DNA from: Phyllosticta citribraziliensis
Lineage: Eukaryota
Assembly (NCBI RefSeq): GCF_038025025.1
Contig: NW_027117340.1
Coordinates: forward strand, 2,356,001-2,420,000
Direction of reading: 5' to 3'
Length of the DNA: 64,000 nt
Under the pieces are notes generated by a model. The model saw only the letters and a program-made list of their open reading frames with translations. It was not told the origin of the DNA and did no database searches. How positions within the stretch are numbered: the first letter of the stretch is position 1; every line of letters begins with the position of its first letter. The translations under genes were made by a program, and so were the position numbers. Below are positions 11,655-21,390 of the stretch, piece after piece.

Positions 11655-13352
11655 CTACCAATTGTCGAAATTTCCGAATCCGCCTGTTCGTACTTTTTTC
11701 TTGACTGGCTCCTCTGGCTCGTCCCATTCGCCGACAATCTCGTCATCTTCCGCTTCGGCCGTCCTTTGCTCCTCAACCGCTTGTTTTAGGTATTTACCAA
11801 CGCCTCCGCTGCCCGCATTTTCCACCGTTCCATCACCGCGGATCCGCTTGCCGGTCCATGTTGTCTTGTCATCCTCGGTGCCACCTTGCCGCTGAATCTC
11901 TTCCTTCTCTTTCTCCTTGGCCTCCTTCTCCGCCTTCTGTTTCTGGAATTCTTCAAACGGATCGACAAACACAACAACGTCTTCGAGAGTGACCGGCGGG
12001 TCAGGTCTATTTGTTTCCGAGTTGGTCGGCGCGTTCTCCAGCCGTGACAATGTCTCGAGACCGCCCACAACGCGGCCGAATATTGTGTGCTTTCGATCAA
12101 GATGCTTGGCTGCGCGGTATGTGATGAAGAACTGACTGCCGTTGGTGTTCTTGCCTTTGTTCGCCATGCTCAGAATACCTCTCGCATCGTGCGACTGCGG
12201 CCCTTCAAACTCGTCGTTGAAGTTTTTGCCCCAAATACTGTTGCCACCGCGCCCCGTGCCTGTTGGATCACCTCCCTGGATCATGAAATTTTTGATGTTG
12301 CGGTGGAAGGCCATGTCGCGGTAGTAGCCCTTTTTCGCCAACTGTACAAAGTTCCAAACAGCCTTTGGTGCATACTCCGGAAGCAATTCGACGTTGAGTT
12401 CGCCGAGAGACGTCTGCATGCGGGCGTAGCCCAGTGCCTTGACCCGTTTGGGCTTGAGCATGTACTCCTCCTCTGACAAAATTGCGCGCTCATTCGACGT
12501 ATGTGGTGTAAGCCCGGTGCTCGTAAATGATGCGGCAGCCTTGCCCGTCGTATGCTGTGCGGCATTATAAGGTGCGGGTTTGCTCTGGCTCTGGCCGGCT
12601 CCGGCGCCCTGCTCAGCTCTCGCCCGTGCAAGCGCCGCAGCCATGCCGCCACCGTTCGCCTTTGCCTTTGCAGCTTTGTCCCTGTCTGCTCTTGCTTTTG
12701 CGACTGCTTCTTTCGCCTTCAACACCTTGGCCGAACTACCCAGCGCATCAGCATTGACGCCGCTTGCCCTCTGCTCCTTTTGTTCATCCGTCAAGATATC
12801 TGCGCCTTCCTTCAAATATTTGAAAGTGCTCAAATCCCGGGCCTCGAGGTTCTGAGGGTCTTGAAGCGTGATGATGTCTTTTCGGGAGAATTCATCATCC
12901 GTGACCAGATCTCTCCAGTTCTTCGCTTTAATGTTTAACCGCTCGATGGTGTCCCAGGAATATACGTTGCCGGTGTTTTTCAACGCGACGAGGTGTGTAT
13001 TTTCTGTAAAGACTTTGTATGTGACGGGATCCGCGTATTCGCCGTCCTCATTCTTCATGAAGTTGAGTTTGATCAGATCCGAGCTCTTGAGCGGTGAGCC
13101 GTCCACGGGATTGGTGCCATGTTTCTTGAGCCACGGTAGGATGTTGGTGAGATCGAATATCGTGCCTTCGGCGGTGCAGACGGGGTGCTCGAATGGTTGG
13201 AGTGAGAGCGCGCAAAAGTTGAACGGCAGGCGCCTGAACGAGGCGCCGATGACCTTGGATCTGTTGACGCCAGAGCCATAGCTAGCGGAGTAGGCATCTT
13301 CAGAGGCCCATTCGGAGTGGGTTATGTAGAGTTTGTCGGTACCTTTGCCCAT
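11655..13352 (-). CDS. cyp8: Peptidyl-prolyl cis-trans isomerase-like 2 (U-box/RING plus cyclophilin; PPIL2/Cyp60)
   Basis: Conserved N-terminus MGKGTDKLYITHSEW (ATG 13352, context ACCATGG), U-box LPFNFCALSLQPFEHPVCT, cyclophilin FHRNIKNFMIQGGDPTGTGRGG...SMANKGKNTNGSQFFIT and C-terminal FGNFDNW. Confidence 0.93.
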   Translation of the reverse strand: MGKGTDKLYITHSEWASEDAYSASYGSGVNRSKVIGASFRRLPFNFCALSLQPFEHPVCTAEGTIFDLTNILPWLKKHGTNPVDGSPLKSSDLIKLNFMKNEDGEYADPVTYKVFTENTHLVALKNTGNVYSWDTIERLNIKAKNWRDLVTDDEFSRKDIITLQDPQNLEARDLSTFKYLKEGADILTDEQKEQRASGVNADALGSSAKVLKAKEAVAKARADRDKAAKAKANGGGMAAALARARAEQGAGAGQSQSKPAPYNAAQHTTGKAAASFTSTGLTPHTSNERAILSEEEYMLKPKRVKALGYARMQTSLGELNVELLPEYAPKAVWNFVQLAKKGYYRDMAFHRNIKNFMIQGGDPTGTGRGGNSIWGKNFNDEFEGPQSHDARGILSMANKGKNTNGSQFFITYRAAKHLDRKHTIFGRVVGGLETLSRLENAPTNSETNRPDPPVTLEDVVVFVDPFEEFQKQKAEKEAKEKEKEEIQRQGGTEDDKTTWTGKRIRGDGTVENAGSGGVGKYLKQAVEEQRTAEAEDDEIVGEWDEPEEPVKKKVRTGGFGNFDNW

Positions 13353-14011
13353 GGTGGAAAAGAGGATTCTGTTGTGGTGGACAGGAGCGCGCAGACGAGA
13401 GGACGCGGCGCCATGACGAACGGGCGGCCGGGCATCCAGCCACCACCGCATGGCCCTACTAGTGCACTGACCAAGCGGGGTGAAGGACAGGAGCTGCCGC
13501 CGGGGGATCAGTACACTACCACCACCACTTGTTCTCGGCGCTCGTCGAAGAATCATCATTCATTCCGTCCACTTGCAGTCCGCCGCCTCGCTCATACAGT
13601 GCCATCAAGGCGTGTCTCTAAAAATGCTTCCACCCTAGCCTCTGTGGCACCGTCGCCCGCCGCCTTCTTCCAAAAATGTGCGTTTTTGTACAGTTACACA
13701 CACCATCGTACAGGAACTCGAGGCAATAGCCGCGTCCGGATGTATCCCCCTCCAAATAATCATTACCCTCTGCTGCACCTCGACGCCTTTTGAAAACTGA
13801 TTTACGGGGACTCCGGACACTCCAAGTAATAGCCATTAGTGCGCAGCAACCGTTGCAGAAAGCAGAGTGCTGATAGAATCGTGTCGGCACTCGTCGCACT
13901 TTCAGGTCGAAACTGATGCGTGTGACCGTAGTCAAGAACGAGGTCGTGGTATCAAAGAAACAAGAAATGAAGCCGCGCAGCAAGCTTTCGTCACCTCGGC
14001 ATGGCCAGAGG

Positions 14012-14722
14012 TCAAGGAGAAATTTGCGCCCAAAAGGCACAGAGCAGCATTGGGATCGTCAAGAGCCAGGTTGACAAAGCGGCACTGGTTGGCGCCGCGT
14101 TGAAGAGGTTGAAAGGGTCTCCGCCGCCGTGGCTATTCGGCGATGATGTGTCTGTTGTCGCTGGAGCAGTCGACGCCGTCGTTGTCGTTGCTGCTGGCTC
14201 GTTTGCGCCAGCAGTCGAATCGGCAGTAGTGGATGCAGTGGTTTCGGAGGTGGGCATCGAAATTGACAAAGTCGTGGTGGTTCCAGGTACGCTAGTATCG
14301 ACCTGGATGCTCGTTGCCGCTGTTGGTGTGGTGGACAAGTCCAGAGTACTGCTCCTTACAATAATTTGGGATGATGTTGTCGGCGCCGCGGTGGCGCTGG
14401 CGGCATTGGAGCAGAGAGTCGAAGGGCCTTGACCAGCCAAGAAGATGGCGATGATGGAGTCGTTGTCCACATCGGCATCGTTGCAGTCCCGGGCAACCTG
14501 TGCCGCTATATCGGCCAGGCCGGCGATGCATCTGGCAGAGCAATTGGCGGCGGTTTGGAAGTCATCGCCAGAGCAACCAGAAATGGACTTGCGGTAAGTG
14601 ATCAAGCATTTGCCAGTCAGACCGGTGACCCGAGGCGTAAAGTCGGCAAGAGAAGCGGAGCGGGCGAGAGATGCGAGAAGCAGGACGAGCAAGCCAGGGA
14701 ACAGCAGCGATTTGGCAGACAT
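14012..14722 (-). CDS. Secreted, probably GPI-anchored protein: six-Cys domain plus Ser/Thr-rich stalk
   Basis: Signal-like MSAKSLLFPGLLVLLLASLARSA, six Cys in the next ~85 aa, a Thr/Ser/Ala-rich stalk, and a GGGDPF motif followed by a hydrophobic C-terminal tail. Confidence 0.8.
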   Translation of the reverse strand: MSAKSLLFPGLLVLLLASLARSASLADFTPRVTGLTGKCLITYRKSISGCSGDDFQTAANCSARCIAGLADIAAQVARDCNDADVDNDSIIAIFLAGQGPSTLCSNAASATAAPTTSSQIIVRSSTLDLSTTPTAATSIQVDTSVPGTTTTLSISMPTSETTASTTADSTAGANEPAATTTTASTAPATTDTSSPNSHGGGDPFNLFNAAPTSAALSTWLLTIPMLLCAFWAQISP

Positions 14723-15457
14723 GGCGGCAGCGGCGGTGCAGACAGACGAGGCCTCGGCGGAAGAGGCAGCAGGACGAGGAAGACGAAGAGAAATGTGGAC
14801 AGGCGACCGTGTTGTGTCAGCTGTGAGCCGCGGCAGCAGGGCAGTGTCGAGACGTCGAGCGTATGGGGTGGGTAGAACAAGAGGCGGTTCGTGCCGGAAG
14901 AGGGAGATGGCGTTGTCCGGTGCAACGTCCTAAGGCCCTGGGGGGGTAGAAGCAGGAACGTGGAGAAGAGAGGGCCTTGGCTTCCAGGCAGTCTGAGAGG
15001 CAAGGGAAGGGAAGGGAAAGGAACCGCCATGTTTGAGCCTTTGAAGCACCTGGTCTTGTCTTGCTACCGCTTCATGGTGGCCATGGCGGTCCCGAACGGA
15101 GCCTACCAGAACCCACCATCGAACCAACCTACCACCCGAGAGCGGCTTCAACAATTTTTCAATCTTCGTCTGGCTCGAGTCGCTCCCGTCTGAAACGCCA
15201 TTGACGTGTGTGTTCAGTTCCTGCAGGGGCTGGCGCATGCCCCGGCGCTTGTGTACCCTCGTCCCTCCCGCCGCATTCTCCTCCACGGCCAATCCAAACC
15301 ACAATCTCCGCCGCCTTGCACGACACACCCAATGATGCTTCCCTGCCAAGTCAAAACACCCTCACGTACACACGACGCGACCACACGGCCGTTTCACACT
15401 GGTCCAAAGACAAACAACACCTCGCTTCGATTCTTCGTCTACCTATCTTGGCCAGTT

Positions 15458-16626
15458 TCAACGGTAGCGTTGGCTCAGTCCGTCATACTGGCCCTTGTTC
15501 ACAGGCAACACGTACCCGTGCCTGAGACCTTTGGGAAACCCGGGGCAGCTGCTCGTCCACCGCCCCGATGGAATGTCGTTCGACTCGTACGCCATGTATG
15601 AATTTCGGTCCAAGAGAAGGTGACCCTTGCCCTTGATCTGGTTATCCAAATAGGGAGCTGGTCCCTCCACGCTCTTTTCAATGTCTCCTTTACCAGTCCA
15701 TGGCCCGTAAATTCCGCTCGTAGAAACCTCGGAGTACACGGTATTGTCTCCTTCCCTTTTGATGAACCGGACATAGGTACTGCCGCCCAGGGACAGTATA
15801 CTCATATCGATGACCGAATTTGGGTTCGCGTCAAGATAGACGAATGGCGGTTGGTCAAATTTGTGGAAGTCCGAAGTGTAAGTTGCTCGGATCACACTGC
15901 GAATCCCATTTGCCCGGTGTTGGGGGTCGTCCTTGGAGTACTGTTTTCTGGTAAGACTCATCCGGTAATACTGAAATACAGCGACTCACTATCTTCGCGG
16001 ACCAGTAGACAAAGAATTTCCCTAAACCATTGGCGTTCAATTAGTGGCCTCTCTCACAATCGGGTGCCTTGAGACTACCTTTGGATGCGTCAAATAGTGA
16101 TTCTGGAGCCCACAACATTCCGGCGAGGTCTTCCTCTACCTTGATCAACCTTTCTGAACCCCAGGTGATCAGATCTGAGCTTTCCCATATGAACATGCTC
16201 AGGGAACCGTGCCTCGTGGCTTGGTTCAAGTCCGCCTGTCTCTGTTAGTTTTGGGTTCGCTGATATGTGCAAACTACAAACCTTGGCGAGGTCGAGGTCC
16301 GTCCCGAGTATGTACCACTTGTTCCCGCGGCCGACAACGATGGACATGTCTCGCGTGGCGCCAGTTCCTCCCTTGGGGATCAGAACGGGTTGGTCACCAT
16401 TTAAGGGGCGGAAAGAACAGGGGTCATTGCCGTTGCTCAAGTAAAACCAGACTCTTTGATCGGCAGTTGTGTCTCCCTTGAAGAATACAGCAAAGTAGCC
16501 AACGAGATCCGTAGTCTGCCTCTTGTCGAGTGCGCCGAAATCTAGCGGTAGGGCGCTGGCCGTGACCGACACGTAGAAGAGAGCAAAGAGCAGGAAGATG
16601 TTTCGACAAAGATTGTACGATGCCAT
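15458..16626 (-). CDS. Secreted GH43-like five-bladed beta-propeller glycosidase (arabinofuranosidase-like); 4 exons (16626-16282, 16235-16079, 16021-15990, 15940-15458)
   Basis: Signal peptide plus KR propeptide. Motifs GYFAVFF, FYLSNGNDP, GGTGATRD, WYILGTDL, WESSDL, GMLWAPE, FVYWS, VID, RFIK and EGP. Three GT-AG introns (46, 57 and 49 nt) restore one frame. Confidence 0.85.
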
Positions 16627-16680
16627 TTGGGGTAGGAGGACGTGTGACCGTGATGGGTGACCATAATGCTGGAAATATGA

Positions 16681-16686
16681 TTTATA
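16681..16686 (-). promoter_or_regulatory. Putative TATA box (TATAAA) of the GH43 gene
   Basis: TATAAA on the minus strand about 55 nt upstream of the ATG at 16626. Confidence 0.35.
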
Positions 16687-17119
16687 TGATGTTTCCACAG
16701 GACATTAAATGAGCAAATTTTGTGTTAGAACGCCCGGAAGAGATCCTTGGGCGATATCAAGAACCCTGAACCGTTTGCATTTTGCATCGACCAAAACGCA
16801 ATATCCGTCCGCTTCAGCGAGGCGGACGCTGGGCACAGAATCTTGTTGGGTCGACGAGGGCGCGGAACAAGCTGACCGTGCAATTTTGGGTAGGAAGAGA
16901 GTCGCCTCGGTCATTGGTGATTAAATTTGGTGCTAAAAGGCAAACGAGGGCCCTTGGGGAGAACAAGAAGATGTCATGCGGGGAGACCAGGCGCCTTCCC
17001 TGCTTGGGTGCCTTATCTTTTGGCCTGCCGCGCAGCCGCAATGATGTCGTCTCGTGCGCCAAATCTAAATCCACTTCCGCCTCATCCCATGCTTCCCAAA
17101 TGTTGCTAATTCTCCCACC

Positions 17120-18604
17120 ATGAAAAAGACGCTGCTCTTAGTCTTCATTCACGGCTTCAAGGTGCGTCCAACTGCCTCGATACCATTTCCTCGGGTCGAC
17201 CACTCCAGCTAACCTCAGCTCAGGGCGGGGACGATACTTTTGGAAAGTTCCCACAGCACCTGCGCGCCGTCGTCAGCAATGCGCGGCCGAAGATTTCCGT
17301 CGAAGTAGCTACCTATCCCAAATACGAGACTCGAGGCGACCTCCGCGAATGCGTCACCAGGTTCAGAGAATGGTGCGCGTCCCCCGCGTGCGTCTTCAGC
17401 TACGCGCTCGCTCACCGCGACATCCAGGCTACAAAACAAAGTCATAGATCTCGAGGTGGCGAATGGCACGCCGTCGCCAACGGTGGACCCCTCTGTAAGA
17501 GTGGTTCTATGCGGCCACTCGATGGGTTAGCAGGCTCGACCAAGAAAACCAACCAGCTTCGACTAAAGACTACTAGGTGGAATCGTGGCAGCAGAGACCG
17601 TCCTCTCGATTACGAATGACCAACCCATCCAAAACGACGCCTCCGAGTCCGATCCCTCCGTTTCCTCGAGCTCCCTCATGTTCCCTTACATCCAAGGCAT
17701 CCTCGCGTTCGACACACCGTACCTCGGAATTGCCCCCGGCGTTGTGGCACACGGAGCAGAGGGTCAATGGAATGCAGCAACGGCGGCTTACTCCGCATAC
17801 ACAAGCATGGCGAGCACTTTGGGAATGGGCAAGAACCAGCCACCAGACCCAGGTGCTGTCGAAGCAAGCAAAATGCTCCCCGCTGCCTCAACGGCTGCTG
17901 CCGCAACGGCAGCAGCGGCTTCGGATGACCCAAACAGAGACACGGCCAAAGTTCCTGGCTGGCAAAAATGGGGAAAGATTGCCATGTTTGCTGGCGCTGC
18001 TGGAGCGGTTGCAGCAGCTGGTGGAGCCGCGTGGATGAACAGAGAGCAAATAAGTGAAGGCTGGCAGTTTGTGGGATCTCACCTGGAGTTCGTAGGATGC
18101 CTCGCGCGTGGTGAAGAGCTCAAAAAGCGCCTCGCATCTGTTGCCGCCCTCTGTGAGTCCCAAGGCCTCGGCTTTGCCGACCTCTACACTCAACTCGCCG
18201 TCGACGCGCAAGGCAAAGCAACACAATGGGCTGCTGGTGTGGTTGGCGACCGCCGCACCTTTTGCGTTATACCCAAATCGGAAATCAAGAAGCACTTTGT
18301 TCCCATCGTGAACGAGAAAGCGACTGCTGAGACCGCAGCGCACATGGCCATGTTCGAGCCGAAGGCCCACCCAGGCTATTACGCCATGGGTGAGCTGTCC
18401 AAGGAGCTGATTGTGGACTGGACCTCCAACTCGTGGTACGAGGAAGCTACCGGGTATGAAAGTCCGAATAGACGTGGATCCGGCTCCTACGCTGACGACC
18501 AGCCAGTTGACGACGATGTCGAGTTGGTCGAGAAGCCCGACGTGGACCAGACTGATTACGACGACCTGGCCGAATCGATTTTGAAGTACCGGAACAAGGC
18601 ATGA
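17120..18604 (+). CDS. Alpha/beta-hydrolase (DUF676/lipase-like serine esterase); 4 exons (17120-17161, 17224-17372, 17428-17525, 17577-18604)
   Basis: The spliced product has FIHGFKGGDDTF (oxyanion), the GHSMGG nucleophile elbow, AFDTPYLG, HLEFVGCL and AHMAMF. All three introns are GT-AG and in frame. Confidence 0.85.
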
Positions 18605-19058
18605 GGTACAAGCAGAATGCTGTGCCGTGCTGCATTTGATCAGCTTTTCTTGTCTATTTTTGCGCAGTCTGGATAGAAACATCATTGCTATCGCGCAGGA
18701 CCGATTGAGTTAAGGTTGCCGGCCCATATCGCTGGCTGCTGGGCATCACGCTTTGGAAAGGGCTCTCCTCCTGAGCTCTGGTCTGCGTGTTTTTGTACCA
18801 TGGAAACATCAGCACCTCAACAAATACATTCGGCGGGTACCCCTGTGTCCACGGAGACACATCGCCCTTCAAAAGCCCACTCCACTTGTTCATCTGCATT
18901 GGCCATCATAAGAGTACACACCATTGCCTTACAAGGCCGCTTTGGTATCCACTTATCACACAATTCAACATCGAGATACACCATCGGCTCCCCAGGGACA
19001 TTCACTCAACCGAGCGCACACCATACGCCGCGGCACTTCTACAAGGAGCCAAATCAAT

Positions 19059-19508
19059 ATGCCATCTCTCAGAACCCTTTTGAGCAGCCTCGTCAGCTCT
19101 CGCAAGAGCAGCAAAGACCAAAAATCCAAGCAACCCCCGACGCCTGCGCTGCCGGCTCCATCAACACGCAAGCAAAGGCGCCGCGCCAAAGCGTCTCGTC
19201 AATGCCCATCCCCGCCTCGAGCACCATCCCCGTACCCAACGATGAACACGGCATCCCAGGACCGGCCCTCCGAATCGACCAGAACGCACTTGTCGCCAAG
19301 CGGTACGTGGTCGTCGTACAAGAAAGCGCAGGAAGTGGCCTTGAGGGACGGAGAGGAGAAGGAGAGGATGGAGCAGGAAAGTCAAACTAGCGAGAGCAAT
19401 GGGAGTGAGAAGGGTTCGGCGGCTGGAACGCGCGAGAGCAGGGAGTTTCGGATGTGGCTCAAGAAGACCGTGGATTTTGACAACTTCACTGCGGGCACCG
19501 TAAACTGA
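19059..19508 (+). CDS. Hypothetical small low-complexity protein (149 aa)
   Basis: ATG-initiated ORF (MPSLRTLLSSL...EFRMWLKKTVDFDNFTAGTVN) filling the gap between genes; no recognisable domain. Confidence 0.4.
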   Translation: MPSLRTLLSSLVSSRKSSKDQKSKQPPTPALPAPSTRKQRRRAKASRQCPSPPRAPSPYPTMNTASQDRPSESTRTHLSPSGTWSSYKKAQEVALRDGEEKERMEQESQTSESNGSEKGSAAGTRESREFRMWLKKTVDFDNFTAGTVN

Positions 19509-19977
19509 GCAACGGCTTTCTCTTGTGCCGGTCATATCGCTGGTCTGGTGGCTTCATGGCGGATGGGTTGTTAAGAATGGTGGCATTGGGCTCACTACTT
19601 CATCATCACTCAAGCAACATGCTTTCAAGTGCAGCTTTGGTTTGCTAAATAATCTAGACCAGCAAGCCCACCAAGGTCTCATTGCCTGTAGCAAAATGGG
19701 TATCTCCCTCACTGAATGCCACGGTCCAGAATTCCCGATAAAACCTCCTGCTACTCAAATTACCATCCTGCTGCAGTGTGCGCCGTCAACTACAAGCATT
19801 GCCACCCTCAGAACATCGTGGAACTGCTCGCGAAGCTACTACCCATCTGCCCCTTCTCCACCAAGCGATCCCTCTGGACCAGCTGACGCTGGCACACGCC
19901 CGTGGCCTCCTTCTGTCGATCCGATTCTCCACTCGTCACTCCGTCGTCTTGGTGATCCTTCTGGGCCGTACCAGTGA

Positions 19978-21390
19978 CTAATTGGGAAGGAAATCAGGGA
20001 AAGCCTTGAAAAAGTCTGCCTTCCACAGACGGAGACCTTCATCCGTATCTGCGTCGTCCAACTTTTGAAACCAAGTCGCACGCTCCTGGTCGGACATTTT
20101 GGTATCCTCTACTATCTTTCTCATCCGTTCTCTGGTGCTGAGGGCCCTAGGACGGTTGTCGCCGGTCTTGATAGCAACCGCAGTCTTAGTTTTGTTGTTG
20201 TTGTTGTTGTTATTATTGTCGTTGTCATCGCGCTCCGGCTCGCTACTGTCGCTGTCGATACTGATGATGTTCTGGTCCTTCAGCTCCTCCTTGGTGACCT
20301 TGCGCCTTTTGTTCGCTGTTCCCATCTGACTTCGACGATACGACTCTGCCAGGGCCATGCCCCTGTTGCGCTGGAAAGCGATGCGATTCTGGTGGGCCTC
20401 CCTGAGACGGACCTGCTCCCTCGTCCAAGCCGCCTCGTCCTCCGGCGTCCACAGCGGAGGGCCAGTGTACGCAACGCCCTTGGCAACAGCCTCTTCTCTC
20501 TTCTTCTGGCAGTACTCGACAAAGAGGTGGGGCGTCCAGCGCAAGTCGTCCTGGAAGCAGCGCAGACGCGCCATGCTCTTGTTCCAGACGTACGTGTCGG
20601 CCATGACCCAGCCCGGCCTGTCCCAACCGAACAACTGCGCGCGCACGCCGACCGAGACGCGCTTGTAGATGCCCCACCTGACCTGAGTGCCTTCGTCTTT
20701 GAAGTTGGCGCCGTATGCCGCGTCAAGCAGATGCTTGTACTGCTCGTTGATGCCCATGACCAGCGCGCCGCGCACGTGCGTCTCCTTGTAGGGCTTGTTC
20801 AGGTACTGGCCCATCGCCTCGTCGTGGTTGCGCATGACGGCCGCCAGCGGCACGTCGCCCGCCACGCAGTAGCGCGTGCAGTAGGGCAGGGCTGCCGGGA
20901 AGTAGTTGTTTGCTAGACGCATGGCGGCACCCTTTGGTAGACCGAGCTGCTGGGCGAGCACCTCGGGGAAGAGCTTGGAGCCGTAGACGAAGAGAGGAAG
21001 TCCGGTGACGGCCTTGTCGGCGGCTGCTGCTTGGTTTGGTGTGCCTTTCCTCGTTTGCGCCCGAAGGAAGGGCATGGTGAGCTTGATTCCGGTCGGGTCT
21101 GAGATCGAGGCCTGGAAGCTGTCAGGCTCGTCTTCGTTGAAAGTCATGGTGCGGATCTCGCCGCTTTTGGCGGTGACACGAGAGCTGGACGCGCCATTGC
21201 CTTGCTGCTCGGTAGGGAGGTCAGGCACGTCGCTATAGTCGATTCCGGCGAGGGCGAAAAGCTCGCGGTCGTCCGGATGTATTCCTTTGGGTGTTGTTGA
21301 CGTTGCTTGGGATGTTCCTCGAGCCGTTTCTTGACGACGACCTCCTCCATCACCACCTTGCTTGGGAGCTGATTTGCGAGTGCCTGGCAT
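19978..21390 (-). CDS. AIG2/gamma-glutamylcyclotransferase-fold protein with long disordered flanks and a poly-Asn tract
   Basis: PLFVYGS...PEVL, PAALPYCTRYCV, VRGALVMG, YKRVSV and ADTYVWN follow the AIG2/GGACT pattern. The start is placed at MPGTRK (21390); the frame stays open to 21672. Confidence 0.7.
   Translation of the reverse strand: MPGTRKSAPKQGGDGGGRRQETARGTSQATSTTPKGIHPDDRELFALAGIDYSDVPDLPTEQQGNGASSSRVTAKSGEIRTMTFNEDEPDSFQASISDPTGIKLTMPFLRAQTRKGTPNQAAAADKAVTGLPLFVYGSKLFPEVLAQQLGLPKGAAMRLANNYFPAALPYCTRYCVAGDVPLAAVMRNHDEAMGQYLNKPYKETHVRGALVMGINEQYKHLLDAAYGANFKDEGTQVRWGIYKRVSVGVRAQLFGWDRPGWVMADTYVWNKSMARLRCFQDDLRWTPHLFVEYCQKKREEAVAKGVAYTGPPLWTPEDEAAWTREQVRLREAHQNRIAFQRNRGMALAESYRRSQMGTANKRRKVTKEELKDQNIISIDSDSSEPERDDNDNNNNNNNNKTKTAVAIKTGDNRPRALSTRERMRKIVEDTKMSDQERATWFQKLDDADTDEGLRLWKADFFKAFPDFLPN

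Noticed and set aside
16627..16698. GTG-initiated N-terminal extension of GH43 in the ORF track
   Set aside because: It lies over the TATA region; the ATG at 16626 gives a normal signal peptide.
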